Shown in pieces: positions 22,025 through 32,234 of a DNA stretch of 64,000 nt (positions are counted from its first letter, which is position 1; each line of letters opens with the position of its first letter). Origin of the DNA: Alphaproteobacteria bacterium (lineage in GTDB: Bacteria > Pseudomonadota > Alphaproteobacteria > SP197). Below the pieces are notes generated by a model. It was not told the DNA's origin. It saw nothing but the letters and a program-made list of their open reading frames with translations, and did no database searches. The DNA is taken from NCBI GenBank assembly GCA_965228895.1, contig OZ245842.1, forward strand, positions 4,544,001-4,608,000. The letters are read 5' to 3'. Made by a program: the position numbers and the translations under genes.

Positions 22025-24012
22025 GCGCAACCGGCGCATCGGCCGACCCGGCCGACCGTACGCAAGGCGGCGCAAGCGGCATGATTCCTGGCGCGTGGCT
22101 TTTGTTTCTTCTGCCTTTTATCGCGCTGCTCCTCGCGCGGCCCATCCTGCCGGAATGGGCGATCCTGACGCCTGAAGCGTGGCGCATCCCCTTCGTCGAA
22201 TGGATCAACGCCGTGGTCGATGTGTTGAAGAAACACGAGATCTTCGGCCTCTTCACCTTCAAGGACGTGACCCGCGCCGTCGCCTCGGCGGTCGAATGGC
22301 CGCTCGACCTGATGGACAGCATCCTGGTCTCCGGCTTCAAGGGCACCGGTATTCCGTCCCTGCCCTGGCCCGCCGTTGTCGGCCTTGCTGCCGTGTTCGG
22401 CTGGTGGCTGAAAGGTTGGCGCCTGGCGTTGCTGGCCGGCGGTTGCATCTTCTATGTCGCGCTGTTCGGCAAATGGGAAGACTCGATGATCACGCTCTCC
22501 GTGGTCCTGGTCGCCGCCCCCATCGCTGGCATCATCGGCCTGGTCCTCGGCGTGATCGCCGCCAAGTGGAATCCGTTCGAGCGCATCCTGTGGCCGATCC
22601 TGAACGTCATGCAGTCGATGCCGCATTTTTCGTACCTGATCCCTGTCGCGATCTTTGTCGGCGTCTCGCACAAGGCCGGCGCGATCGCGACCATCCTGTT
22701 TGCCATGCCGCCGATGGCGCGCCTCACCCTGGTCGGCCTGCGCGGCGTGCGCCCGGAGATCCGCGAGGCCGGTGTCATGGCCGGCTGCACGCGCGCGCAG
22801 ATGCTCTACAAGGTCGAGATCCCGGCGGCGCGCGAAAGCCTGATGATCGGCGTCAACCAGGTGATCATGCAGTGCCTGGCCATGGTCGTCATCGCGTCCT
22901 TTGTCGGCACCAAGGGCCTGGGTCAGGATCTGTTGTTCCGTCTGCAGGGCCTCAGGATCGGCCAGGCGATCGAAATCGGTGTCGCCATTGTCTTTATCGC
23001 CGTCATGCTGGACCGGCTCAGCTTGGCGCTTTCCGAACGACAGCCCGAACACCTGGTGCCCGGTCCGTGGTGGCGACGTCATCCGTTCCTGACCACCGCC
23101 GGCGTCATCGTTGTCCTGTCATGCATCGCCGCGGCGATCACGCCCGCCGCGCAGGAGTTTCCCAGTTCGCTCTACATCACCACCGCACCGCTGTGGGACG
23201 GCCTGGTCGACTACATCACCCTGCATTTCTATGACGCCTTGTCGATCTTCCGCGACTCGCTCCTGACGCACGTTCTGATCCCCATGCGCACCGCCTTTCA
23301 GTGGGTGCCGTGGGTTGCCGCGGTCGCCCTGGTTGTCGGTATCGGCTATTGGCTCGGCGGCTGGAAGCTGGTGTTGCCGGTCGCGCTTTTCGTGCTTTTC
23401 ATCGCGTTCTCCGGCTATTGGGCGCGCGCCTCGATCACCGCTTACATGGTGACAGTCGCGCTCATCGTCTGCATCGCCTTCGGATTGCCGGTCGGCATCT
23501 GGGCGTCGGGCACGCTTTGGCGCTCGCGATTCATCCAGCTCGTCTGCGACACGTTCCAGACGTTCCCGTCCTTCATCTACCTGATTCCGGTCATCATGCT
23601 GTTCAAGGTCGGCGACGTCGCGGCGATCGCGGCAATCGTCATCTATGCCAGCATCCCGATCGTGCGTTACACGACCTTCGGTCTCAGAAACGTGCCGTCG
23701 GAAACCATCGAGGCGGCCATCGTCTCCGGCTGCACGCCGTTCCAGATCCTGTGGAAAGTGCGCATGCCGTTGGCCATCCCGGAGATCATGCTGGGCATCA
23801 ACCAGACCATCATGTTCTCGCTCTTTATGGTCATCATCGCGGCCTTCATTGGCACGACGGACCTGGGACAGGAAATCTTCCGCGCGCTGACCTTCGCCGA
23901 TGCCGGCAAGGGCATCGTGCTCGGCCTCTGCGTCGCGTTCATGGGGTTGGCGGTCGATCGCCTGATCACCGAGTGGTCGGCCAACCGCAAGAAGCAGCTC
24001 GGTCTGGCCTAG
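22021..24012 (+). CDS. tmoV: ABC transporter permease with two fused ProW-like domains
   Basis: Two EAA-type loops (IREAGVMAGC; IEAAIVSGC) and a duplicated QxxPxFxYLIP. Confidence 0.88.
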   Translation: MSATGASADPADRTQGGASGMIPGAWLLFLLPFIALLLARPILPEWAILTPEAWRIPFVEWINAVVDVLKKHEIFGLFTFKDVTRAVASAVEWPLDLMDSILVSGFKGTGIPSLPWPAVVGLAAVFGWWLKGWRLALLAGGCIFYVALFGKWEDSMITLSVVLVAAPIAGIIGLVLGVIAAKWNPFERILWPILNVMQSMPHFSYLIPVAIFVGVSHKAGAIATILFAMPPMARLTLVGLRGVRPEIREAGVMAGCTRAQMLYKVEIPAARESLMIGVNQVIMQCLAMVVIASFVGTKGLGQDLLFRLQGLRIGQAIEIGVAIVFIAVMLDRLSLALSERQPEHLVPGPWWRRHPFLTTAGVIVVLSCIAAAITPAAQEFPSSLYITTAPLWDGLVDYITLHFYDALSIFRDSLLTHVLIPMRTAFQWVPWVAAVALVVGIGYWLGGWKLVLPVALFVLFIAFSGYWARASITAYMVTVALIVCIAFGLPVGIWASGTLWRSRFIQLVCDTFQTFPSFIYLIPVIMLFKVGDVAAIAAIVIYASIPIVRYTTFGLRNVPSETIEAAIVSGCTPFQILWKVRMPLAIPEIMLGINQTIMFSLFMVIIAAFIGTTDLGQEIFRALTFADAGKGIVLGLCVAFMGLAVDRLITEWSANRKKQLGLA

Positions 24013-24040
24013 CGCCTGATCTGCTCGCGCGTACGACACA

Positions 24041-24109
24041 CCAGCCCGCTCCCCCATCCGGCCACCCCGAGGATGCTGCCATGGGTGGCCGGGTGGGGGA
24101 GTGGGCTGG
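24041..24109. repeat. Long GC-rich hairpin element, copy 1
   Basis: 27-bp stem with 2 G-T pairs around the loop CGAGGATGCTGCCAT; second copy at 49862. Confidence 0.85.
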
Positions 24110-24134
24110 CGATGCCAACTAAACGGCGAGCCGT

Positions 24135-24791
24135 CTAGATATCCAGGAACGGATTGAGCAGGCGTCCGACGGGGCCGGTCAGACGCAGCGGCGCGTCGGT
24201 CACGGCCAGGCAGATGCAGTCCTCGCCTTCGTCGGCGATGGGTCGATGTTCGACCGACGCATCGCATTCCGCGACGTCGCCGCGCACGAAGTGTCCGGTC
24301 TCGTCGCTGAAACCACCGGCCAGCACCAGGGTCAGTTCGGTGCCTTCGTGGGTGTGCGCCGGCATCGCGGTGCCGGGCTTGATCCGCATCAGGCGGGTGT
24401 GAAAACCCTCCGCCTCTGTCAGCAGTTCAACCTTTTCCAACCCGCGGAATGACTTCCAGTCGAGCTGCTCCATGTTCCCGTTCAGGTAATCACGCAGCGG
24501 CTGCGGCACGCGCATGTCGACATCGCCGGGCGCCTCGGCGGCAGCCGCCGGCGCGGCGTCCTCGGCTTCGTCCAGTCGCGCGAGAATGCGATCAATCCCG
24601 CCCTGGTCCAGCGGTGCGGCGTCCTGCTGCTCAAGCATGACACCGCCGAGGGCTTCAAGACGTGCCACTTCATCGCGACAGCGCAAGCAAAGCGCCAGAT
24701 GGGTCGCGACGACCAGGGCCAACGGCTCATCCATCGAGCCGGCGGCATAGGACACGAGAAGGTCGTCGCCTGGGTGATGTTTCGGATTCAT
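24135..24791 (-). CDS. chrR: Anti-sigma factor ChrR
   Basis: HHP...YAAGS...HLALCLRC zinc site; cupin HTHEGTELTLVL..VEHRP..CICL. Confidence 0.95.
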   Translation of the reverse strand: MNPKHHPGDDLLVSYAAGSMDEPLALVVATHLALCLRCRDEVARLEALGGVMLEQQDAAPLDQGGIDRILARLDEAEDAAPAAAAEAPGDVDMRVPQPLRDYLNGNMEQLDWKSFRGLEKVELLTEAEGFHTRLMRIKPGTAMPAHTHEGTELTLVLAGGFSDETGHFVRGDVAECDASVEHRPIADEGEDCICLAVTDAPLRLTGPVGRLLNPFLDI

Positions 24792-25372
24792 GCGGGGGTC
24801 TCCAGCGCGTGACGCAGTTTAGCCATAGCCAAGCGCAAACGCGACTTTACGGTGCCAAGGGGTAAGTTGAGTTCTTCAGCGATCATGCTGTGCGATTTGT
24901 CTTCGAAATAGGCCATGCGCAGCAGTTGTTCTTGTTCTTGTGGTAACTCGGCGACAGCAGCGTGCAGGAGACGGCCCTGCTCTGCCAGGTCGACGACATC
25001 ATCGGCGGCGCGTACCGGCTCTGGCAGGAGCGCCGGGTCTTCGGGATCGATCTCCGGCCGGCGTGTCCGGCGCAGGCTGTCGATCCGGCGGTTGCGCGCG
25101 ATGGTGAAAACCCACGTGCTGACCGCCGCCTTACTGCGATCGTACTGCTCGGCGCGCCGCCAGACCGTCAACATGACCTCCTGGGTCACGTCTTCGGCCG
25201 ATTCCTTATCGGCGCCCTGGCGCATTAAGAACGCCTTCACCCGCAGTCCCAGCTGCCGGTAAAGCTCGACAAACGCCGTGCGATCACGGCGGATCGCAAT
25301 CGCGTGCATCAAGTCTTCCGGCGTTGGATCGACCTCGGCTTTGCCGGCCGGCAGCGGACGATTCTCCTTCAT
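24788..25372 (-). CDS. rpoE: ECF sigma factor RpoE (ChrR-coupled)
   Basis: STWVFTIARNRRID; LPLGTVKSRLRL; ATGA-coupled to chrR; start uncertain (25372 or 25450). Confidence 0.93.
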   Translation of the reverse strand: MKENRPLPAGKAEVDPTPEDLMHAIAIRRDRTAFVELYRQLGLRVKAFLMRQGADKESAEDVTQEVMLTVWRRAEQYDRSKAAVSTWVFTIARNRRIDSLRRTRRPEIDPEDPALLPEPVRAADDVVDLAEQGRLLHAAVAELPQEQEQLLRMAYFEDKSHSMIAEELNLPLGTVKSRLRLAMAKLRHALETPA

Positions 25373-25480
25373 CGGCACCGTTCCCAGTACCAAAGTCGCC
25401 TTTCGCGCGGGCAAAGCTGCCGCCGGTTCAACCGCAAGTGCACTTTGCACAGTCTTCCTCCCACGTTTTCCAGGGTTCCT

Positions 25481-25506
25481 TACGCCGCCATGCGACAGGT
25501 GGATCA
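25481..25506 (-). promoter_or_regulatory. SigmaE promoter for rpoE-chrR
   Basis: TGATCC-N15-GCGTA on the minus strand. Confidence 0.85.
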
Positions 25507-25567
25507 CCATCTGGAGCGCCGGGACGCAGGATCGGTCAATTCGGTTGATTGGCTGGCGGCAACGGGC

Positions 25568-25593
25568 TGATCCGGCATCACGCACTTGGCGTA
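25568..25593 (+). promoter_or_regulatory. SigmaE promoter for the ufa operon
   Basis: TGATCC-N15-GCGTA on the plus strand. Confidence 0.85.
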
Positions 25594-25689
25594 TATGCCG
25601 TCGAACGATTTTTTAGGGAATGGCCGGGTTCTTCCAACGCAGGAAGGATCGGTTTGTGGGCCAAGATACGGTCCGAGGAACGACACTTC

Positions 25690-27021
25690 ATGAAGATTGC
25701 GGTTATCGGCGGTGGCATCACCGGCCTTAGCGCGGCCTGGCTGCTGTGCCGCCAGCACGACGTCAGCCTCTACGAGAGCGCGGAGCGGCTTGGCGGTCAC
25801 GCCAACACCGTCGATGTGGACATTGGGGGCGAACGAATCCCGGTCGACGCCGGGTTCATCGTCTATAACGAACACAACTATCCCCACCTGACGAAGCTGT
25901 TCGCCGCCCTGGATGTTGCGACCGTCGCCAGCGACATGTCGTTTGCCATTTCCCTTAACCGCGGCAGGTTCGAATACGCCGGCAGCAGCCGTGGCCTCTT
26001 CGCGCAACCCCGCAATGTCTTGCGCCCGTCGTTCTGGCGGCTGATCGCTGACCTCCTGCGGTTCTATCGGGACGCGCCGGGCTTCGCCGATCGCGATGAT
26101 CTCGATGATCTGACCCTGGGCGATCTGCTTGCCCAAGGTGGCTATTCCGATCTTCTGGCGCGCCGTCATATCTTGCCGATGGCGGCGGCTATCTGGTCCT
26201 CCAAGCTATCCGACGTCCTCGACTTCCCGGCCCGCACCTTCGTGCAGTTCTTTGAGAACCACGGGTTGTTCCGTCTTGGCGAAAGGCCGCAGTGGCGCAG
26301 TGTCTTGGGCGGCAGCCGCCGCTATGTCGACGCGCTTGCCGCGCCGTTCCGCCACAAGGTTCATCTCGCAACACCGGTCGCCACGCTCAGACGCACGCCA
26401 GCCGGCGTGATCGTGCGCGCCAAGACCGGCCACGAGCAGCGTTTTGATGAGGTCGTGGTGGCCGCCCATGCCGATCAGGCGCTGGCCATGTTGGGCGAGA
26501 ACGCCAGTAACGCGGAACGTCAGATCCTCAGCGCGTTCCGCTATCAGGAAAACCATGCGGTCATGCACAGCGATACCGCGCTGATGCCACGACGCCGGCA
26601 TGCATGGGCAAGTTGGAACTACATGAGCGACGGTTGTCTCGACGATCTCGATCAGGTGTCGGTCAGTTACTGGATGAACCGGTTGCAGCAGCTTCGAACA
26701 GACCGCGACATCTTCGTCACCCTGAACCCCGAACGCCTGCCGTCGCGCGATCTGACCCACGCTTCGTTCACCTATCACCATCCGCAGTTCGACAAGGCGG
26801 CGCTCGACGCACAGCACGAACTCCCGGCCATCCAAGGGTACGATCGTCTCTGGTTCTGCGGCAGCTATTGCGGCTATGGTTTTCATGAAGACGGTCTGCA
26901 GGCCGGCATCGCGGTCGCCGAGGCGCTCGGCGCAACACCGCCCTGGGCCCACGAGGTGACGCCGATGAGCCCGGCCTGGCGCGCCGTCATGCCCACGACG
27001 CCGGCCATGGCCGCGGAATAG
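25690..27021 (+). CDS. ufaD: FAD-dependent oxidoreductase, RSP1091/UfaD-like desaturase
   Basis: MKIAVIGGGITG, RLGGHANT, DAGFIVYN, ASWNY, GYGFHEDG; sigmaE context. Confidence 0.85.
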   Translation: MKIAVIGGGITGLSAAWLLCRQHDVSLYESAERLGGHANTVDVDIGGERIPVDAGFIVYNEHNYPHLTKLFAALDVATVASDMSFAISLNRGRFEYAGSSRGLFAQPRNVLRPSFWRLIADLLRFYRDAPGFADRDDLDDLTLGDLLAQGGYSDLLARRHILPMAAAIWSSKLSDVLDFPARTFVQFFENHGLFRLGERPQWRSVLGGSRRYVDALAAPFRHKVHLATPVATLRRTPAGVIVRAKTGHEQRFDEVVVAAHADQALAMLGENASNAERQILSAFRYQENHAVMHSDTALMPRRRHAWASWNYMSDGCLDDLDQVSVSYWMNRLQQLRTDRDIFVTLNPERLPSRDLTHASFTYHHPQFDKAALDAQHELPAIQGYDRLWFCGSYCGYGFHEDGLQAGIAVAEALGATPPWAHEVTPMSPAWRAVMPTTPAMAAE

Positions 27022-27028
27022 CAGCGCG

Positions 27029-27850
27029 ATGACATCCGATGTCCCCATGAAGAATGACACGTCTTGCCTCTACCTGGGACGCGTCATGCACAAGCGGCTC
27101 ATGCCGTTCCGGCATCGTTTGGACTTTCGCGTCTTCTCGCTCTTTGTCGATCTGGATGCGCTGCCCGGTCTGTCCCGGCGTCTGCGTCTGTTCTCGCATA
27201 ACCGGTGGAATCTTTTCAGCTTTATGGACAGGGATCACGGGCCGCGCGACGGCAGCGCGCTTAGACCGTGGCTTGACGCACAACTGAACGACGCGGGTAT
27301 CGACCTGGATGGCGGGCCGGTAAGGTTGCTGTGTTTCCCGCGTATTCTCGGTTACGTCTTTAATCCCCTGACGATCTGGTTTTGCCACCACAGGAGCGGG
27401 CGACTCAAAGCCGTCCTTTATGAGGTCTCAAACACGTTCGGCCAGCGGCACGGCTACCTCATCCCGGTTGACGCAGACCAAGCGGCGGCCAAGACCATTC
27501 GCCAGGCTTGTGACAAATGCTTTTACGTCTCACCATTCATCACCATGAACGCGACCTACAACTTTCGCCTGGTGGAACCCGGCGAACGTCTGTCCGTCTT
27601 GATCAGACAATGGACCGATGAAGGAGAACTGTTGATTGCGGCACAAACAGGCGAGCGCGAGACATTGCAAGATCGGTCTCTGCTGCGCGCCTTTGTCAAC
27701 TATCCGCTGATGACGTTGAAGGTGATTGCCGCGATCCACTGGCACGCCTTTCGCCTGTGGCGCAAGGGCGCCAAGGTACAGCCTCGCCCTGCCGCGCCTG
27801 CCGATCCGATCACCCATGTCGTCCCGCGGCTCGGCCAGGCCGCGGAGTAA
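27029..27850 (+). CDS. ufaO: DUF1365 protein, RSP1090/UfaO-like
   Basis: PRILGYVFNPL, EVSNTFGQRH, FYVSPF, IHWHAFRLW. Confidence 0.85.
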   Translation: MTSDVPMKNDTSCLYLGRVMHKRLMPFRHRLDFRVFSLFVDLDALPGLSRRLRLFSHNRWNLFSFMDRDHGPRDGSALRPWLDAQLNDAGIDLDGGPVRLLCFPRILGYVFNPLTIWFCHHRSGRLKAVLYEVSNTFGQRHGYLIPVDADQAAAKTIRQACDKCFYVSPFITMNATYNFRLVEPGERLSVLIRQWTDEGELLIAAQTGERETLQDRSLLRAFVNYPLMTLKVIAAIHWHAFRLWRKGAKVQPRPAAPADPITHVVPRLGQAAE

Positions 27851-27863
27851 GGTCCGAAACGTC

Positions 27864-29072
27864 ATGGCAACCAACATCGACTACCGGACGAACACCGGCG
27901 GCGGCTTTACCGAGCGTTTGGTGCTCGCGATGGCCGAGCGGATCGAGGCCGGCGAGCTGGTCATCACCCTGCCCTATGGCGGCGAACGCCTGTTCAAGGG
28001 TTCGAAGCCAGGCCCCGCGGCAGCACTGCGGATCGAACATCCTCGCGCTTACCGCCGTCTTCTGTTTGGCGGCACCATGGGTTTTGCCGAGGCTTACATG
28101 GATGGCGATGTCGACACGCCGGATCTCGCGGCGCTGGTCGATCTGATCATCAAGAACCAGGCGGCACTGCTCGCCGCGCTCGACCGGCAGCGATGGACGC
28201 GCGCGCTAAAGCGGCTGGCCCAGAAGCTGCAGCCCAACACACGGCGCGGCGCACGGCGCAACATCGCCCACCACTACGATCTCGGCAACGCGTTCTACGC
28301 TCACTGGCTTGATCGCTCGATGACCTATTCGTCAGCCATCTTCGAGCACCCCGGCCAGCCGATCGAAGACGCCCAGGACAACAAATACCAAAACATGGCG
28401 CGGCTTGCGCAGATCGGGCCAAACGATCATGTCCTCGAAATCGGTTGCGGGTGGGGTGGTTTTTGTCGTTGGGCGGCGCGCAATATCGGATGCCGGATCA
28501 CCGCCATCACGATCTCGCCGGCGCAGCACGCCTACGCTGCCGAGCGCCTGCAGACTGAAGGCCTGAACGGCCACGTCGACCTGCGCCTGCAGGACTATCG
28601 CGATACGGTTGGCACCTATGACCGCATTGTTTCGATTGAAATGGTCGAGGCGGTCGGCGAAGCATACTGGCCCGTTTACTTCCGGACATTACGCGACCGG
28701 CTGCGCTCCGGCGGTCGCGCGGCACTGCAGTCGATTACGATCGACGAAACCTATTTCGAGGCCTACCGGCGCAGCGTCGACTTCATCCAGCAGTACATCT
28801 TCCCAGGCGGCATGCTGCCCTCGCCCACGCGACTTCGCGCCGAGGCCGATCAGGCCGGCCTGACGTGTGTGGAAACACAGCGGTTCGGTCTCGATTACGC
28901 CCGAACATTGGCTCATTGGAGAGTCGCCTTCGATAATGCCTGGCCGCAAGTCCAGAAGCTTGGGTTTGACGAGCGCTTCCGGCGCATGTGGCAGTACTAT
29001 CTGATCTATTGCGAAGCCGGTTTCGACACCCGCCGCATCGACGTTCTGCAGACAGCCTTCGCGCGCGACTAA
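27864..29072 (+). CDS. CFA-synthase family fatty acyl methyltransferase (UfaM/CfaS-like)
   Basis: NIAHHYDLGN, MTYSSA, LEIGCGWG, YIFPGGMLPS, YYLIYCEAGF. Confidence 0.92.
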   Translation: MATNIDYRTNTGGGFTERLVLAMAERIEAGELVITLPYGGERLFKGSKPGPAAALRIEHPRAYRRLLFGGTMGFAEAYMDGDVDTPDLAALVDLIIKNQAALLAALDRQRWTRALKRLAQKLQPNTRRGARRNIAHHYDLGNAFYAHWLDRSMTYSSAIFEHPGQPIEDAQDNKYQNMARLAQIGPNDHVLEIGCGWGGFCRWAARNIGCRITAITISPAQHAYAAERLQTEGLNGHVDLRLQDYRDTVGTYDRIVSIEMVEAVGEAYWPVYFRTLRDRLRSGGRAALQSITIDETYFEAYRRSVDFIQQYIFPGGMLPSPTRLRAEADQAGLTCVETQRFGLDYARTLAHWRVAFDNAWPQVQKLGFDERFRRMWQYYLIYCEAGFDTRRIDVLQTAFARD

Positions 29073-29080
29073 CTGCCGGC

Positions 29081-30427
29081 ATGTCCGCCACGCCGCCCCC
29101 TGTCGGCAAACTGCGCCGCGGCATTCTGTTCGCCTACGGTCTGCCTGGACTGCCTCTGGCGGCGCTGCTGCTACCGCTCTACATAACCTTGCCGGCTTTC
29201 TATGCCGATGACATGGGGCTGGGTTTCTTTGCCGTCGGCATCGTGTTGCTTGTGACGCGCTTGTGGGATGTCGTTACCGATCCGCTGATCGGCACGCTGT
29301 CCGATCGGTTCAAGACCCGTTTCGGCCGCCGTAAACCGTGGCTGCTGGCCGGCGCGCCGGTGTTGATGGTCAGCGCGTGGTTCTTGTTTCTGCCTGAGGC
29401 CGGTGTCACATGGATCGGCCTGCTTGTCTGGACCATGGCGCTTTATCTGGGCGCTACCATGATCACCCTTCCCTATACCGCCTGGGGCGCTGAACTGTCG
29501 CCCGACTTTGACGAGCGCAGCCGGATAACCGGCTGGCGAGAAGGTCTTGTCATCGCCGGCACACTGCTGGCCGCCGGCTTGCCGGCTGTCGTTGGCGCGG
29601 ACCGTGCGGCATCACTTGAAGTGATCGCCTGGTCGTTGTGGCTCGTATTACCGGTATGTCTGTTGATTGCCATCCGGTACGTACCGGAACGTCCGATCGT
29701 CGCGCGACGCCAACCCAGATTTTCCCAGGGCTGGCGGATTGTCTGGCAAAACGCGCCGTTCCGGCGTTTGATCGGCGCTTACTTTCTGAACGGTGTGGCC
29801 AACGGCCTGCCCGCAACGTTATTCCTGCTTTACGTCGAGAAGGTGCTCGCCATACCGGCTTGGACCGGTCTGCTGCTGTTTATCTATTTCCTGTGCGCCA
29901 TCGCGGCGATTCCGCTATGGCTCTGGCTCGCCCGGCGCTGGGGCAAACACCGCGTGTGGATCGCCGCCATGGTTTGGGCGGCTCTTGTGTTCGCCTTCGT
30001 ACCGTTTCTCGGTCCGGGCGATCACGTGTGGTTCCTGATCATCTGTGTGCTGACCGGCGCCAGCCTTGGCGCCGACCTGACCCTGCCCGCATCCATGCAG
30101 GCGGACGTTATCGATCTCGATACGCTGCGCATAGGTCAAAGTCGCGCAGGACTCTATTTCGCGCTCTGGGGCGTCGCGACGAAACTCGCCCTGGCGCTGG
30201 CCGTGGGCATCGCATTTCCGCTGCTGGCCCTGGCCGGTTTGGAGCCGGGCGACGAAACAGCGACTTCGACTGGGTTGCTCGCGCTCGCCGCGCTCTACAG
30301 TTTGGTGCCCGCCGTCATCAAGCTCTGCGCCTGCGCTCTCGTCTTCGGCTATCCCCTATCTGCCGAGCGCCAACGACGTACCCGCCGCATGATCGAAGCA
30401 CGGGCCGCGCGCGCCACGGGCCTCTGA
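29081..30427 (+). CDS. MFS/GPH-type transporter (RSP1089-like)
   Basis: DVVTDPLIGTLSDR..TRFGRRKPW; about 12 TMs. Confidence 0.88.
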   Translation: MSATPPPVGKLRRGILFAYGLPGLPLAALLLPLYITLPAFYADDMGLGFFAVGIVLLVTRLWDVVTDPLIGTLSDRFKTRFGRRKPWLLAGAPVLMVSAWFLFLPEAGVTWIGLLVWTMALYLGATMITLPYTAWGAELSPDFDERSRITGWREGLVIAGTLLAAGLPAVVGADRAASLEVIAWSLWLVLPVCLLIAIRYVPERPIVARRQPRFSQGWRIVWQNAPFRRLIGAYFLNGVANGLPATLFLLYVEKVLAIPAWTGLLLFIYFLCAIAAIPLWLWLARRWGKHRVWIAAMVWAALVFAFVPFLGPGDHVWFLIICVLTGASLGADLTLPASMQADVIDLDTLRIGQSRAGLYFALWGVATKLALALAVGIAFPLLALAGLEPGDETATSTGLLALAALYSLVPAVIKLCACALVFGYPLSAERQRRTRRMIEARAARATGL

Positions 30428-30443
30428 ATGCAGCCGGACGGTC

Positions 30444-31025
30444 GTGATCACCCGCGCCGCCGCCTTCATCATTGTCTTGGGACTTGCAGGATGTGACAGC
30501 ATGAAACCGGAAGATTTCGCCGGGCGCGAACCAACACTCTTGATCGAGGAATACTTCGCCGGCCGGACCAAGGCCTGGGGCATGTTCCAGGACCGATCCG
30601 GTGACGTAAGACGTCAGTTCGAGGTCGACATAGAAGGTACCTGGGACGGCAAGACGCTGACGCTGGTCGAGGATTTCGTCTACGACGACGCTGAAACAGA
30701 ACGCAAGATTTGGACCATCACGAAGTTGGACGACAACAGTTATGAAGGGGTCGCCGACGGCGTAATCGGCACGGCCCAGGGCAAGGCATATGGCAACGCG
30801 CTTAACTGGACCTATCGTTTTGCGCTGGCGACGGAAACACGCACATGGAACGTGACGTTCGACGATTGGCTCTTTCTCCAGCCCGGCGGCGTGCTGATCA
30901 ACCGTGCCGACGTCACCAAGTTCGGCTTCAAGGTGGGTGAGGTTACGCTTGTCTTCGTCAAGAGCGATGAGATGGCATCAGGTGCAATCGATACCAGCCG
31001 CGTTGCGGCATCGCTCACGAATTGA
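30444..31025 (+). CDS. DUF3833 lipoprotein
   Basis: LAGC lipobox; YFAGRTKAWGMFQDR; FDDWLF. Confidence 0.85.
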   Translation: MITRAAAFIIVLGLAGCDSMKPEDFAGREPTLLIEEYFAGRTKAWGMFQDRSGDVRRQFEVDIEGTWDGKTLTLVEDFVYDDAETERKIWTITKLDDNSYEGVADGVIGTAQGKAYGNALNWTYRFALATETRTWNVTFDDWLFLQPGGVLINRADVTKFGFKVGEVTLVFVKSDEMASGAIDTSRVAASLTN

Positions 31026-31461
31026 TCGAAAGGCGTCGTCGGATCAGCGCGATGATGTGACGCAGGATCGGCAGACGACCATAGAACTGCTCGCCTGAAT
31101 CCCAATGATCAAGATGCGCAACGACACGGCCGTCCTGATCGAAGTGGATTTCGCTCATGCCGTCGATCGTCTTCGACGCACCGTCTTTGCGTGACCTGAA
31201 CGAGAGCGTCCAGCGCAGATAGCCGACACGATCGGAGAGCGCGTGGTCGAGAATGGTAAAGCGCGGATCGACGACATCATCGAACATGCGCGCCAGTATT
31301 CTGCGGAACGCCTCGGTTCCCGTCACATCATTAAAGGGATCGCGAAACCGAACCTGCGCATCGCAAAGCCCATCGAGGCGGCTCAGCGTTTCCGGGCTAA
31401 GCTTCTCGAAGAAAGCGCCATAGGCAGCGATCACCGGTTTCAGGTCGACCGCTTCGCTCAT
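31015..31461 (-). CDS. NTF2/SnoaL-like protein
   Basis: FRDPFNDVTG, GMSEIHF, HLDHWD. Confidence 0.85.
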   Translation of the reverse strand: MSEAVDLKPVIAAYGAFFEKLSPETLSRLDGLCDAQVRFRDPFNDVTGTEAFRRILARMFDDVVDPRFTILDHALSDRVGYLRWTLSFRSRKDGASKTIDGMSEIHFDQDGRVVAHLDHWDSGEQFYGRLPILRHIIALIRRRLSINS

Positions 31462-32234
31462 GTCTTGCGTACCAGGCGGCGCGTCACGGCAAAGGCGAGC
31501 CGTGCCGGCAGCACGCGCAGTAACTTCAACAACCATGCAAGACGCCGCGGAAAGATGATCTCGTACCGGGTCGATCTGAGACCGCGATAGAACGCCTCGG
31601 CCGCATCATCCAGCTCCATCAGAAACGGCATCGGAAACGTGTTCTTGTCGGTCAACGGCGTGCGCACAAAGCCCGGATTGACGATCTGCAGGTGAATGCC
31701 GTAGCCGTCCAGTTCCGGCTTCAGCGCTTCGACCATATTGATAAGTCCCGCCTTGGTCATGCCGTAGGCCGCCGCCGACGGTAAACCGCGATAGCCGGCA
31801 ACCGAAGCGACGACCGCGATCGAGCCGCCGCGCCTGTCAATCATGGCGGGTAGAATCGCCTCCAGGCAATTCACCGTGCCCATGATGTTGAGATCGATGA
31901 GATCGTGAAACACCTGCGCCTTCAGATCCGCCGCATGGACCGGCTGATGGCTGCCCGCGTTCAGCACCGCCTGGTCGATCGGGCCCAGATCATCGTGAAT
32001 GGCCGCGACCGTCGCCTTGACCGCGTCGAGATCGGTGACGTCGAGCGGGTAGGCATGGATAGCGCCATTCAGGTCCGCGGCTCGCGACGCCAGGTCGACC
32101 AGCGCTTTCTCGGTTCTGGCCGACACGGCGACACACCAGCCGTCGGCCGCCATGCGCAAGGCCAACGCATGACCCAGCCCCGAACTTGCGCCGGTTATCC
32201 AGGCACAGGGTTTCTTGGTATCAGCCGAGGTCAT
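31458..32234 (-). CDS. Short-chain dehydrogenase/reductase
   Basis: TGASSGLG; YGMTK; PGFVRTPLT. Confidence 0.92.
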   Translation of the reverse strand: MTSADTKKPCAWITGASSGLGHALALRMAADGWCVAVSARTEKALVDLASRAADLNGAIHAYPLDVTDLDAVKATVAAIHDDLGPIDQAVLNAGSHQPVHAADLKAQVFHDLIDLNIMGTVNCLEAILPAMIDRRGGSIAVVASVAGYRGLPSAAAYGMTKAGLINMVEALKPELDGYGIHLQIVNPGFVRTPLTDKNTFPMPFLMELDDAAEAFYRGLRSTRYEIIFPRRLAWLLKLLRVLPARLAFAVTRRLVRKT

